Below, one piece after another: positions 19,054 to 29,762 of a stretch of 64,000 bases of DNA. The DNA comes from a virus (taxonomy: Duplodnaviria; Caudoviricetes): IMG/VR virus record IMGVR_UViG_3300031760_000002, positions 1-64,000 of that record; one strand, given 5' to 3'. Within the stretch, counting starts at the first letter, position 1, and every line of letters starts with the position of its first letter. Below the pieces are notes generated by a model. It saw only the letters and a list, made by a program, of their open reading frames with translations, had not been told where the DNA came from and ran no database searches. Both the position numbers and the translations under genes were made by a program.

Positions 19054-19942
19054 TTTCCTTCGTTCCTTCGTTTTTGTTTGTTTCGAACCCGGGGAATGAG
19101 CAGATCCATTCGGAAAACGCCATGATCGTGCTCAACGCCGTTTTGATGGACTTTATCTCGCCCCTGCAATCCTTCACGATGCCAAGGATCTTGTCGATAG
19201 CCGGCCTCTTGTCTAGCAGTTCGGTCGTGTCGGTACCGTTAGGATTGTCTTCCGGTTTCTTTGGCTTCTGCTCCGTAGGTGTGAACTCGTTCTTGTCGGG
19301 ATCGTAGTTCGGGTTCTTTCCAGAGGCCCCGTCCTGCTCCGGGCAGCTGTCGAACGCAATCTCCAGCTGTTCGGGCTCCCTGGCGGACGGATCCTGCCGC
19401 GTCTCCGCTGCGACGGTACCGGGCTGCTCCGACGCAGCCGTCTCCGTCTCGCCGCCGACCGCGATCCTGCCCTTCGTCTCTACGACGGCCTCCTCATTGT
19501 CTTTCTTTTTCGGCACCTTGTGGCCGTGAGTGCTGGTAAGCCTTTTCTGGTAGTAGTTCGAGTACCCCCATTTACGGTTATTGCGCATGTCGGTGCGGAT
19601 GTTCTTCAGCATGTTCTCCAACCGGTTGTACACGGTCTTCCTGATCTGCTTGGCATCCTCCGGCGTAACGCTGTCGACGTTCACGAGGTTCGTGTATTCG
19701 GAGTACCCGTGGGCGTCCATGAACTGGCTGATGAACTCCGGGATCCATCCCGTCGGCGAATACCCGTGGTTTCCACGGCGCTTGCGGGTTACGTTTTCAT
19801 GGTCCTTGTCCCATTTGTCCTGGCGTACCTTGATCGATTCAAACGAGAAATACTGCGTCAGTACGTTTCCCGGGACCGGCTTCAGGTTTTTGTCGACCGG
19901 GCGTGTGATGTAGATGTTGTTGATGAATTTGTTCTTTGCCAT
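19025..19942 (-). CDS. hypothetical protein
   Basis: 305 aa, AAGGAG RBS, disordered middle. Confidence 0.7.
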   Translation of the reverse strand: MAKNKFINNIYITRPVDKNLKPVPGNVLTQYFSFESIKVRQDKWDKDHENVTRKRRGNHGYSPTGWIPEFISQFMDAHGYSEYTNLVNVDSVTPEDAKQIRKTVYNRLENMLKNIRTDMRNNRKWGYSNYYQKRLTSTHGHKVPKKKDNEEAVVETKGRIAVGGETETAASEQPGTVAAETRQDPSAREPEQLEIAFDSCPEQDGASGKNPNYDPDKNEFTPTEQKPKKPEDNPNGTDTTELLDKRPAIDKILGIVKDCRGEIKSIKTALSTIMAFSEWICSFPGFETNKNEGTKENETGNQHQA

Positions 19943-19959
19943 AGCGGCTCCTTTTCTGC

Positions 19960-21036
19960 CTATTGGGCGTCTTGTTTGTTTATGTAGTTTTCGACAACAA
20001 GCCTGGGGTTTCCGGTGTTCAGTATGTCCATTACCATCTTGTACTGGTCGGAGTCCTCCCGGAAGAACGCCAGAACGGCGTCCTTCAGGAGGTTCATCGA
20101 CCCTTTTCTGTCGTATGCCTGGCTCTCAGAGGATTTGTCGCCGACTGGCACAACCCTGTAAAGCCTGCATCTGTTCCTGAGAACGTCGGTTGCCCTGGAT
20201 GCGCCGTCATGCACCTTGTTGCTGACGTACGCGACGACCAGGGCGTCGGGGTTTGCTCCTCCGAGCCTTGCGAAGTCGTCCTCCGTCTCGACGTTGTACA
20301 GCTCTATGCTTCTTCCGGGCGTCCTCTTCACGGACGTGGATACGACCTTTCCGGTGTTCTCCTCCATTTCGAAGATCTCAACGGACTTGTCGTGCGACTC
20401 GTCAACGCTCTTGCATTCCGTGGATCCGGGCTGCACGAACATGATTCCGTCTACGGACTGCTCGCACGGTATGTGTATATGGCCGAGCGCGCAATACGTG
20501 CATCCGATCCTCTTCAGGACGGGTACCAGCTGCTGCTGTGACACGTCTGGATTGAACGGGCAGTTCATCTCCGCGACACCGCAATGCAGGGCGACAAGCG
20601 GATATCTCGTGCCTTCGGCCTCGCATGACTCGGCTATCCCGTCCAGTTTAGCCAGAAGATCGTCTGGGCGGCAATAGTTAACGCCTATGGCCCTGAGCCC
20701 GAGGAACGAGTTCTCGTACCCGTCGTCGAGAGGTACGACTCCGCATACGCGAAGCCAGTAGCTGTCCTGCGTGAGATCGTGGTTTCCCTCGATCCCGAGC
20801 ACTTCCAGGCCGCTCCTCTTCGCCATGTCTACGCAGTTCTTGACCTCCAGAACGGCCCTGGCCGACGGCTTCGGAGAGTCGAACAGGTCGCCCGATACCA
20901 AAACGATGTTCGCTTGTTCGTGGATTGCCGTTGAAACGACGTGCCTCAGCGCCCGGTAGAAGTCCTCCTCGCGCTCTTGCATGCCGTACTGGCGGCATCC
21001 GACGTGGCAATCTGCCGTATGTAGGATCTTGATCAT
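19960..21036 (-). CDS. sbcD: SbcD/Mre11-like metallophosphoesterase nuclease
   Basis: HTADCH, GDLFD, GNHD, LH, ALGHIH and PGS motifs; start MIKILH. Confidence 0.92.
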   Translation of the reverse strand: MIKILHTADCHVGCRQYGMQEREEDFYRALRHVVSTAIHEQANIVLVSGDLFDSPKPSARAVLEVKNCVDMAKRSGLEVLGIEGNHDLTQDSYWLRVCGVVPLDDGYENSFLGLRAIGVNYCRPDDLLAKLDGIAESCEAEGTRYPLVALHCGVAEMNCPFNPDVSQQQLVPVLKRIGCTYCALGHIHIPCEQSVDGIMFVQPGSTECKSVDESHDKSVEIFEMEENTGKVVSTSVKRTPGRSIELYNVETEDDFARLGGANPDALVVAYVSNKVHDGASRATDVLRNRCRLYRVVPVGDKSSESQAYDRKGSMNLLKDAVLAFFREDSDQYKMVMDILNTGNPRLVVENYINKQDAQ

Positions 21037-21104
21037 CGTTGTCCTTTCAAAGGGATCCTCCCGGAGGAATACCCTCCGGGAGGTCCTGGTTTTGCCTGCC
21101 TGGG

Positions 21105-22445
21105 TTAAGCTTCGTCGTCCCCGACGTCGTCTGGAAGACCGTCGTCCGACGATCCGTCCGGCACGATCAAATCGTGGTCCTTCGCCAGCGCCTCGCCCTT
21201 CCACAACCCGTTCTCGTCGAACTGGTTCTTGTACTTCACCTCGTGGGGTAGCCCGTATCCGACGATTCGAAGGCCGTCCCTCGCCGTGTCAAGGACGTCC
21301 TTGTTGCCGTAGAACGCGCGAACGAATTCCTCTTCGGTTCGGAACGTGGAATCACCCAGCGGCCTGCACGTGATTCCGCCGGAATGGCGGTAGCACAGTC
21401 TTGTCCCCTGGAAGATGCCGCGGCCGTCCGCGAACGGGGAATCCCGTCCGAGCAGGAACTCAGCGTCGGAATGTATCATGTCGAACCCGTTCTCCTTCGT
21501 CAGGAACAGGCTGACCGAGTGCCCCGGGGCGTTCAACTTGTTCTTGAACGTCTTCAGGATGACCTCGGTACCGAGCAGGGATCCGTCCCTGCCCTTCCAG
21601 TCCCTCGTGTTGAAGTCGATTCCGGTCGTATCGTACATTCCGATTGCGTTTCCGGCGACGGACGTCTTCTTCGGTCCGGTAAAGCCGGCCATCGGGCCTA
21701 TCTGGATCTGCTGTGTCTCATGGGAGGTCAGGAACAGCGTAACCAGGTCCCTCTGGAACACCAGCGCCTTCTGTCGCATCCACTCCCTGATCTTCACGGT
21801 AAGCCACGAGATCTGGTTCGTTTTCGACATGTCGGCGACATCGATCTTGGTATTGTCGTCCTTTCCCAGCGCCGACAGGGAGTCGACGCCGATCAGGATC
21901 GGCTTTTCAAGATCCGGGTCTTCCGCTTCGTCCTTCTTGAACTTCGTGGCGGATTTCCGTCCGAGTTCGTTGATGGAGCCGCCGTCGCCGCCGCGGATGA
22001 GGCATCTGAACGTATCGATGAACTCAACGCAGTCCTCGAACGAATCCACGCCGTCCGGAACGGCGAGGTTGGTTGGGTCTACGCCGAATTGCGCGATCCT
22101 GGACGCAGACATCCCGGCTCCCTCCGTCTCAAGGTGGGCGCACCACGCGCCGCCGTTCCGCATGGCGGAGCCGTACTCCAGCATGCATAGCGACGACTTT
22201 CCCTTTGCAAACAGGGCCCTGAACTGGTTGACGGTGCCGGCTCGGAATCCGGCGGCACCGATCAGCCATTCGTGGGCGATGGACGGGAGACCGGTGTGCG
22301 GGTCGACGAAGGAAAGGTACCGCCACGACTTGGCGGCGTCCTCCGCCGTCCTCACGTTCACACCGAAGTCTCCAGCCATCTTTGCAAGCAAGGATGCCAT
22401 AGACCCCTTCACCGGGCCTTTGTCAAGCTTCTTGCGCGGAGCCAT
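21105..22445 (-). CDS. recA: RecA/UvsX-like recombinase
   Basis: TG...(W)LIG..GF..G; GKSS P-loop; VDSLSAL Walker B; GNAI..Y; KNK. Confidence 0.8.
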   Translation of the reverse strand: MAPRKKLDKGPVKGSMASLLAKMAGDFGVNVRTAEDAAKSWRYLSFVDPHTGLPSIAHEWLIGAAGFRAGTVNQFRALFAKGKSSLCMLEYGSAMRNGGAWCAHLETEGAGMSASRIAQFGVDPTNLAVPDGVDSFEDCVEFIDTFRCLIRGGDGGSINELGRKSATKFKKDEAEDPDLEKPILIGVDSLSALGKDDNTKIDVADMSKTNQISWLTVKIREWMRQKALVFQRDLVTLFLTSHETQQIQIGPMAGFTGPKKTSVAGNAIGMYDTTGIDFNTRDWKGRDGSLLGTEVILKTFKNKLNAPGHSVSLFLTKENGFDMIHSDAEFLLGRDSPFADGRGIFQGTRLCYRHSGGITCRPLGDSTFRTEEEFVRAFYGNKDVLDTARDGLRIVGYGLPHEVKYKNQFDENGLWKGEALAKDHDLIVPDGSSDDGLPDDVGDDEA

Positions 22446-23791
22446 CAGTTGCCTCCCCGCATCGCCATGGCGACCCAGTCATCGCTGTTGAACGTGGCTT
22501 CACCCGCGACTTCTGCGACCTTCTGCTGCTCTGGCGCGTCGCTCTTCGGTTCCGGCTGCGCAGGCGCCGTCGGAACGAACGAAGGAACCTGCCCCTGCTT
22601 CGGGCGGAACGTCTGCTGCGGAGCCTCCGTAGGCGTGAAGTGCTGCGTAGGCTGCGTATGGGCGGCAGGCTGTGCGGTCGGGGTGAAGACGGCCGGCTGC
22701 TGGGTCGGCTGGAACGACTGGGCCGGCTGCTGGGCCGGCTGGAACGACGGGGTCGGCTGCGCGGGCGGCGTGAACCCGCGCACCTGGTTGACGGCCCCTG
22801 GTGCGAACGGGATCTCCGGGATCAGGCTTGCGTAGCGGTTGATCGCGACGCGAAGCATGTCGAGCTCGTGGTATCCGTCCTTGTTCCTTCCGGACATGAT
22901 CCTGACCAGCTGCTTGACCTGGTCTTCGACGGTCGGAATGTTGATGTACGTCTCCGGATGCGCAAGATCCTGCCGGAGGGCCATGTGCTCCGGCGTGACA
23001 GCCACCCTTTGGACACGCTGCCGTCCGGTGGCCGGATCGACCTCCAGTCCTACGGAGATCCTATACACCTTCTTGCTTCCGTCGTCGGCAAGGGCTTTTC
23101 CGTATTTGAGGACGGGAGCCCCGTTCGGATCCGTGATGTCGCCATACTGGAACATGGCCGACGGGTTCCTGGCAATCTCCTCGTCGGAGACATCGTACGT
23201 GACCTGGCGAAGGGCGATCCCCTCGCTGCCCTGCTTCTTCCTGCACAGGTCGTTGATCGCCATCACGGACGAGATCACGGCCAGCTTGACGCCGGGCTTT
23301 TCGTCGTCAAACGTGATGACGTTCATCAGGTACTGCGGCTTGATGGGCGGAAGCTTGGCCGGAATCCGGTTTGCATCGCCCCACTTGCCCTGGTCCTCGA
23401 TGATGTAGCCCCATTCCCTGTCGTTCTGCGCGCAGTAGTCGATGACTTCCGTCAGCGGGTCCTCCTGGACAACGATGTTGCCGGTGACGTCTTTCTCGAT
23501 CAGAGTCCTCCTGGAAACGACCGGGAACGCACCCTTGACATACGACCGGGAGACCATCGCGGAGAAGATCCAGTCCGAAATGACCGGCTTCCCGTCGATG
23601 ATAGACACGGCCTTGACGTAGTCCATCTTGTTCGTGATCGGCCCGTCGTGCTCCGAAAACGCCGGAAGGATCCTGAACGAGATCGGACGGGTTTCGTCAG
23701 CCTTGAAATAGGAGTATTTCACCCCCTGCTTGAACATGTATTCCTGTTGCGAGGAGTCGACGCTCCTTGCCGAATCGAAGTTGAATGCCAT
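22445..23791 (-). CDS. putative ssDNA-binding/annealing protein
   Basis: FRILPA motif (gp32-like), position between polymerase and recA, low-complexity P/Q/A/T tail. Confidence 0.5.
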   Translation of the reverse strand: MAFNFDSARSVDSSQQEYMFKQGVKYSYFKADETRPISFRILPAFSEHDGPITNKMDYVKAVSIIDGKPVISDWIFSAMVSRSYVKGAFPVVSRRTLIEKDVTGNIVVQEDPLTEVIDYCAQNDREWGYIIEDQGKWGDANRIPAKLPPIKPQYLMNVITFDDEKPGVKLAVISSVMAINDLCRKKQGSEGIALRQVTYDVSDEEIARNPSAMFQYGDITDPNGAPVLKYGKALADDGSKKVYRISVGLEVDPATGRQRVQRVAVTPEHMALRQDLAHPETYINIPTVEDQVKQLVRIMSGRNKDGYHELDMLRVAINRYASLIPEIPFAPGAVNQVRGFTPPAQPTPSFQPAQQPAQSFQPTQQPAVFTPTAQPAAHTQPTQHFTPTEAPQQTFRPKQGQVPSFVPTAPAQPEPKSDAPEQQKVAEVAGEATFNSDDWVAMAMRGGN

Positions 23792-23864
23792 TTTTGTTTT
23801 CCTTTTTTTTTGTTTGGCGTGTGCCTTTGTTTGTGTTGTGTTGTTTTGTTTGCCCGTTACACGG

Positions 23865-26636
23865 CTACATCTTCACCCCCCACCGTTCGTATACGTCTAT
23901 GTCCACGTCTAGCGTGAACCAACGTCCTCCCGGAAGGGGGATCCTTATGCCAGCCATCGTGTCCCGGAACATCTTTTTGCATTCGTCCACCATGTCGATC
24001 GGACATTCTATCATCACGGCATCGTGGATCTGGTTCTGCATCTTGAACGGAAGGTCGCGTTCAAGTATGTAAGAGCGCATCTGGTCCATCGCTATCTGGA
24101 CAGTGCCGGACACCGTCGACTGGATCGGGAAGTTTCCGAACTGCCGCTCCAGCGACGGATCGCGGTCTCCTGGGCGTATGTGGGCCGTTTTACGCATTCC
24201 CCACGGGTTTTCGATGTACCCCTGGGTGTATACGAGGCCCTTCCATTCCGTAAGCACCTCCCAGCACCTCGAGAACAGCTTCGTCTTCCAGGCATCGAGC
24301 ATCTTGGAAGCTTCCGCGGTGATCTCCTCAAGAGACCTCGGATCTCCTGTTTCGGCCTTGATCTGCAAAGCCAGCGCAGCCGCGCCCCTTCCATACGGAA
24401 CGCCGAACGAAATCGCCTTTCCGGATACCCTTGGCCCGCTTTTGAACTCGGACCTGGTCATCCTGTTCTTATGCGCGTCAACGTACGTTATGGACTTCAG
24501 GAAATGCTGGAATTCGTCGGATTCGGCGCCGCCCTGGTCCTTGAGCTCCGCCGCCAGCCTCACAAGGTCATCCTCGGACACCTCATGCCCGTTTTCGTCG
24601 AACATGTGGAATCCGAAGCTCCCTATGGTGGTCTGGTCGTGGAGGTCCAGCCCCGGCGTGGTCAGCGTCCTGATCATGTTCTGGTCGCCGGTTATGTTGG
24701 CCATGCAGAACAGCTCGGCCTGGCAGAAGTCGCCCTCCAGCTGGACCATTTTTACGCCCTTCCCGATGTAGTCCCTCCTTTTGTTCGGGTCTACGATCGT
24801 ACGGAGCATCGGCGGTTCGTTACCTTTGCCGAATATCTTGGCAAGATACGATTCGGCCTTCTTCGGCCAGTTCTGCGAATTGGGCGAAGACGTCCTGTAC
24901 CTTCCGGTTTCCGTCAATACGCTAAACCTGGACTTCAGCGTTCCGTCCGGCCATATGTCCTTGTACAGACCGGCCGGCTCGCCGTCCTTCTCCCGCGTAA
25001 GCCAGGTCTTGCAGGCCTGGTCCACCCTCCTGAAGTCCAGCAACGCGTCCACAAACGGATGCTGACCTTCCAGGATCTGCAGGGTCGACTTGTCGGTGGA
25101 CGCGGATACGTCGGTATCGCTGTCCATCCCCATTCCGCCGACCACGTCGCCCCAGTCGTCGCCGTCCGTGGTTTTCACCGGGTTCAGCCCCAGTTTTCCG
25201 AACAGCATCTTCCGAAGATGCACGGACGACCTTGGGTTGAATTCGTCGAATCCCGCGGCCCTGGCCATCGCCATGACCTTCGATAGCTCCTTCGATCTCG
25301 CCTCCTGGTACCTGTCTGTAAGCATGTCAAGCTGCGCCATGTCTACCGGAAGGCCGTTCATCTCCAGGTCGTACGTAACGCGCTGCGTGCGCATGACCGT
25401 TTCGAACAGGCTTGGGTACTCGCCGGAAACGCCGCGTGGGTTGAAGCACCCCCGGCTCTTCAGGATCGGTATCTGCTTTTCCATGATGTACCAGAGAACG
25501 TCTACGTCTATGTATCCGTATTTCTCCAGCATGGACCATGGAACGAAACCGTATCCCAGGTCGGAGGTGTCGGGCAGTTTCTTGTTTTTGTGCCTTTTTA
25601 CCCACACTTCAACGTCCACCGAATACCTTCCGTACGGAGTGTACTTCATCGACAGGGTCTCCAGGCCGAACGGCCCGTTCTGGTCGATGATGTGCTCGGC
25701 GAGCATGGTGTCGTACTTTACGTTGTTCCGTATGTCGATACCGTACGAAAGAAGCCATTCCCCGTCGGCTATCACGTTGTGGCCGGCGATTCCGATGTTT
25801 TCGTTCTCCAGCAGCCTTTTCAGCTCGGAGAAGATATCCCGTTCATCGCCGCCATAGCACCTCTTTCCACCCTCCTTGGACACTTCCACCGTTACGACCC
25901 GGCCCTTTCGATAGCCGATCTGCACGGTCCTGAAGTACCTGTTCGGGTCCATCCAGTTCTTTCCGTTCCATTCGCAGTCCAGCGTTACCATGGACTTCCC
26001 GTTCGAAAGCATCCAATCCGTGAACGACCTTATCTCTTCCGGCGTGCGTACAACCTTGTTGAGGCACTCCGGAGGGACGGTAGGAGACCCTTCCGACATC
26101 TTTGCGATCTCGGACAGGTCCCTGTCGAACAAAGCGTCCCATTTCGGTCCATACAGAACCTGGTCGAGGTTGTATGTCGCGAACACCAGGAACGGGCAGT
26201 TGGCGACGGAATCAGGCTTGAAGAACGCGCCGTGGACGTCGTCCCAGGAATACGACGGTCCCACGACGGCCTTCAGCGGTTCCGCCCCAAAGCAAACTAC
26301 GATCTCCGGGTTCGTCGCCGCAAGCTCGCCAAGGAACATGTTGCGTCCCCATTTTTGCTCGTCTGCGGTGACTTTCCTCGGACAATGCCGCATTGCATAC
26401 GTGAACCTGGCCTTCTTGTTGTCGAATCCCGACTTCTTAAGCCTGGACAGGAAGAACTGCGCCTGCTTCGACGTGTACGGCCTTTTCGACCAAATCTCCT
26501 GCTCGGACGGCATTTTATCCACGAACATAACTTTTGCCGGTACAGATCCGATGCCGTTCAGGCATTTCCTGCCGTCAACGTCCAGGGCCTGGTCCCTGAA
26601 CCATGGCGGGCCGACATTGCTATCGTTGTTGTTCAT
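23865..26636 (-). CDS. polA: family A DNA polymerase with N-terminal UDG-like domain
   Basis: Exo I LDCE, Exo II GHNVIAD, Exo III YGYIDVD; pol motifs DFCQAEL, KAISFGVPYG, QIHDA; N-terminal ~180 aa UDG family-4-like. Confidence 0.95.
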   Translation of the reverse strand: MNNNDSNVGPPWFRDQALDVDGRKCLNGIGSVPAKVMFVDKMPSEQEIWSKRPYTSKQAQFFLSRLKKSGFDNKKARFTYAMRHCPRKVTADEQKWGRNMFLGELAATNPEIVVCFGAEPLKAVVGPSYSWDDVHGAFFKPDSVANCPFLVFATYNLDQVLYGPKWDALFDRDLSEIAKMSEGSPTVPPECLNKVVRTPEEIRSFTDWMLSNGKSMVTLDCEWNGKNWMDPNRYFRTVQIGYRKGRVVTVEVSKEGGKRCYGGDERDIFSELKRLLENENIGIAGHNVIADGEWLLSYGIDIRNNVKYDTMLAEHIIDQNGPFGLETLSMKYTPYGRYSVDVEVWVKRHKNKKLPDTSDLGYGFVPWSMLEKYGYIDVDVLWYIMEKQIPILKSRGCFNPRGVSGEYPSLFETVMRTQRVTYDLEMNGLPVDMAQLDMLTDRYQEARSKELSKVMAMARAAGFDEFNPRSSVHLRKMLFGKLGLNPVKTTDGDDWGDVVGGMGMDSDTDVSASTDKSTLQILEGQHPFVDALLDFRRVDQACKTWLTREKDGEPAGLYKDIWPDGTLKSRFSVLTETGRYRTSSPNSQNWPKKAESYLAKIFGKGNEPPMLRTIVDPNKRRDYIGKGVKMVQLEGDFCQAELFCMANITGDQNMIRTLTTPGLDLHDQTTIGSFGFHMFDENGHEVSEDDLVRLAAELKDQGGAESDEFQHFLKSITYVDAHKNRMTRSEFKSGPRVSGKAISFGVPYGRGAAALALQIKAETGDPRSLEEITAEASKMLDAWKTKLFSRCWEVLTEWKGLVYTQGYIENPWGMRKTAHIRPGDRDPSLERQFGNFPIQSTVSGTVQIAMDQMRSYILERDLPFKMQNQIHDAVMIECPIDMVDECKKMFRDTMAGIRIPLPGGRWFTLDVDIDVYERWGVKM

Positions 26637-26639
26637 GTG

Positions 26640-27656
26640 TCACTCCTTTAGTTTGAACGGGTTCGATTTTTCTATCTTTCCAAGATCGACGCCATCCGCG
26701 GACGCGGCAAGAACGATTTGCCTTACGACATCGTGCTGCGGAGCGTCCCCGGCGTCCTTGTAGCCGCTCAGGTGGACGGAAACAACCTTCGTTCTGGTGC
26801 ATCCAGACGCGCCGAACGGGCCCGTCCCTTCGATGCGCCTTTTCAGCTCCTCCTGGTCGGCCTCCGCGTCTGGATCCAGCAGGAGGACCACGACCGGCCA
26901 GCATTCCCTCAGTATCTCAACCTGAACGTCCGACAGCCCCTTTCCGAACGCGGCCACGGAGCAGCGGCCGACCCGCATGGAGTCGAACGCGCCTTCCGTG
27001 ACCACGACGAATCCGAACTTGGAAGCCTGGTCGAAATTGAAGAAATGGTCCCCTTTCTTGAAACCCGGCTGCGTGAAGTACTTCGGCGGAACCTTGAACT
27101 TTCCGTCCTCCTTGACGAATCCGTATGCGGCCATTTCCTCCGGCGGGACCTTTTGCGGGTCGTACAGGAGCCTGGCCTGCCACGCTACGAGCTTTCCGTT
27201 CTCCTGCACCGGTATGACGATCGTACCGGAGGTGTTGAACACGCCTCCGGCGAACGGCCTCCCGTGGCTGCAGAACATGAGCCCGAAGTTGCGCGACAGG
27301 ACTTTCGGATCGAAGTTCCTGCTCCTCAGGTACAGGCACGCTTCGTGGTCGTCGGGAAGGACGTCAAGCGGGACAAGGTCCCCGGGGGAGATGTACCCCC
27401 GGTCTTTCGGACGTTCCATCCGCGTCTCGGCCACCCTGGCGCGTACCGATCTTCCGAGCAGCTTCGCCGTCGTTCCGGACATATGGCAGTGCCAGCACTG
27501 CCATATGCCCTTCACGGCGTTCACCGACAGCTTGTGCCTTCCGCAGAACGGGCAGTCTACTATCAGCTCCTTTCCGTTTCCGCCGTTCGACTCGGTTACA
27601 TGGCCGAACTTTGACGACAGCATGCGGAGCAGCTTTTGTTCCGATACGCTTTCCAT
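26640..27656 (-). CDS. dnaG: DNA primase (zinc finger + TOPRIM)
   Basis: CPFC...CWHC; VTEGAFD; DPD; KDAGD. Confidence 0.9.
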   Translation of the reverse strand: MESVSEQKLLRMLSSKFGHVTESNGGNGKELIVDCPFCGRHKLSVNAVKGIWQCWHCHMSGTTAKLLGRSVRARVAETRMERPKDRGYISPGDLVPLDVLPDDHEACLYLRSRNFDPKVLSRNFGLMFCSHGRPFAGGVFNTSGTIVIPVQENGKLVAWQARLLYDPQKVPPEEMAAYGFVKEDGKFKVPPKYFTQPGFKKGDHFFNFDQASKFGFVVVTEGAFDSMRVGRCSVAAFGKGLSDVQVEILRECWPVVVLLLDPDAEADQEELKRRIEGTGPFGASGCTRTKVVSVHLSGYKDAGDAPQHDVVRQIVLAASADGVDLGKIEKSNPFKLKE

Positions 27657-29185
27657 TATGTCACCGTCTTCGGTTTTACGGCCATGTAGAACGACTCAAG
27701 CGGCATGCTGTTGACCTTTTCCTCGGTCAAGTCGGAGTAGTGGGCGTTTGTGTACAGCCTCAGCGACTTGCTCTGGAATACGGTGCAGAACGTGCCCTTC
27801 TCGCCGGAATTCCTCAGCTTGCAGAAATCGATGTTGATCAGGCGCTCCTTGTCGGCGAACTTGTCGACCGGGTCGTCCTCGGACTCCTCGGTGACCTTGT
27901 TCTCGGCCGAGTTCAGGTCGATCTCCTGGCCGGTCCTCGGGTGGATTCCGACCAGAGACATGCCGAGTATGACCTCGGCCGTCCGCGCGATATCGATCGA
28001 ATCGGCCAGGTCGCTTACAGACAGGTGCTGCTTCTTTTCGCATCCTCTGGCCGCCTGCTGGGCGGTCCATATGATCGAATGCGTCTCGACGGCAAGCTGG
28101 TGAAGCCGCAGCGCGATGTTACCGTACTGGGTATTCAGGTTGTCGTTCTTCGTGGCGACGTCCGACCAGTCGATCTGATGGATGTAGTCGATACACACCA
28201 GGGGGCAGTCGTCGTCCGTCAGCCCCTCCGCGTACATCTTCTTCTTCCAGGACTTGATCTCCCGTTCTATGTCGGCGCACTTCGGCTTCTTCGTCGTGTA
28301 TTCCGTGTTGACCGTGATGTAGTCGATGTACGGAAACCCCTTCGCTGTAAGGTAGTTGTACCGTTCAAGCTCCTTCGGGTAGTGTTCTGCCCACTCCTCC
28401 TCGTACTTGTCCATCATCGACATGTTGAACACGCCGATCATGGCCTGAAGCCTTTTCAGGATCGTTTCGTCCTCGACCTCCAAAGACAGGAACAGGACAC
28501 GCTGGCCCCTGAGGGCGGCGTTTACCGCGAAATTGATCAGCATGTTGGACTTTCCCACGCCGGTACTCGCCATCACGACGCCAAGTTCGCCCGTCTGCAT
28601 CCCCATCTTCATCCTGAGGTCTATCGGCCATACCCCCGTGCCGAACCGCTTTCTCTGCGGGCCGGACCTTTTGCGGAGGATCCTCTTTCCGGCCGTAACG
28701 GCCTCGCTCTGCCTCGTTCCGGATATCTTTTCGATCTCCTCGTTCAGCTTTGCCGCCTTGCGGAGCTGTTCCCTTGCGGACGTCTCCGAGTTCAACTGCC
28801 CGACACGCACCTCCGACAGGTAATCCTGCCATCTGTCCCTGAAGTACTCTGAGTTCTTCGGGTCAGGATGCCCTATCGACGTTATGACCTGTCCGAGGCA
28901 TGACGCAACGGACTGGAGCAGGGTGTTCGGAACAGATGTAACGATCGAGTCCTTGCCGTCCGGTCCTATGCCTCGAAGCGCGTTCAGGACCTCGTCGGGC
29001 AGGACAACGGCCGTAGGGAGGCTTCCGTACCGTCTCCAATGGGCCACGATCGTCTCGAAGACGATCCTGGGCGCCAGGCTCGGGAAGTCGCTCAAGTGCA
29101 GGTTCGGAACGTTCTCGCGGAAGAATTCGAAGTCGCTGGCCAGCGCACACAGCAGCTTGACCTGCGTTTGCGTATCGATCGTCAT
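27656..29185 (-). CDS. dnaB: DnaB-like replicative helicase
   Basis: ASTGVGKS Walker A, SLE, IDYI, TAQQ, KLRN; start MTIDT. Confidence 0.9.
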   Translation of the reverse strand: MTIDTQTQVKLLCALASDFEFFRENVPNLHLSDFPSLAPRIVFETIVAHWRRYGSLPTAVVLPDEVLNALRGIGPDGKDSIVTSVPNTLLQSVASCLGQVITSIGHPDPKNSEYFRDRWQDYLSEVRVGQLNSETSAREQLRKAAKLNEEIEKISGTRQSEAVTAGKRILRKRSGPQRKRFGTGVWPIDLRMKMGMQTGELGVVMASTGVGKSNMLINFAVNAALRGQRVLFLSLEVEDETILKRLQAMIGVFNMSMMDKYEEEWAEHYPKELERYNYLTAKGFPYIDYITVNTEYTTKKPKCADIEREIKSWKKKMYAEGLTDDDCPLVCIDYIHQIDWSDVATKNDNLNTQYGNIALRLHQLAVETHSIIWTAQQAARGCEKKQHLSVSDLADSIDIARTAEVILGMSLVGIHPRTGQEIDLNSAENKVTEESEDDPVDKFADKERLINIDFCKLRNSGEKGTFCTVFQSKSLRLYTNAHYSDLTEEKVNSMPLESFYMAVKPKTVT

Positions 29186-29754
29186 TGGTTGCCTCCGTTC
29201 GGACTGTCGAAGAACCAAAGGACCTTTCGTATCTTCTCCCACTTTCCACCGTCGAGGCCTTTCAGGAACTCCACGAGGCCGGGAGCTTTAGACATCTCCT
29301 GCTTTGCGATGTCGCTCCATGCGTTTACGATCTCCATGTCTATCTGTTCCGGATAGAACACGCGAAACCACGCGGGGAACGGGGAGAGCGGGGACAGCAG
29401 GAGCGCTTTTTCGTCGCTCCCGTCCGACTCCAGCTGTATCAGCATGTTTATGCAGGAAACGTACTCTTCCTTTGACGAAGCGACGCCGGACTTGGGGTTG
29501 TACGCGGCCAGCATGGCCGGCTTTATCAAATCGCCGACCAGCAGGCTTCCGGCAGTCTTGTTCCTTGCGCCAAACGTCTTGTGCACGTAGTCGGCCGGAT
29601 CCCATCCGCGAGCGGAGCAGATGAGAGCCAGCTGAAGGAACACCGGCCAGTTCCTGTTGCTTCCGTACTGCTGTATCGGGTACGGCGTGCCGAACCTTGC
29701 CGATTGCTCCTCGAAAAAGGCGTCGAATGCGATTTCCGCATTCGATATCGCCAT
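29182..29754 (-). CDS. hypothetical replication-module protein
   Basis: Fills the gap between the two helicases; start MAISN. Confidence 0.6.
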   Translation of the reverse strand: MAISNAEIAFDAFFEEQSARFGTPYPIQQYGSNRNWPVFLQLALICSARGWDPADYVHKTFGARNKTAGSLLVGDLIKPAMLAAYNPKSGVASSKEEYVSCINMLIQLESDGSDEKALLLSPLSPFPAWFRVFYPEQIDMEIVNAWSDIAKQEMSKAPGLVEFLKGLDGGKWEKIRKVLWFFDSPNGGNQ

Positions 29755-29762
29755 CTTCCCGT

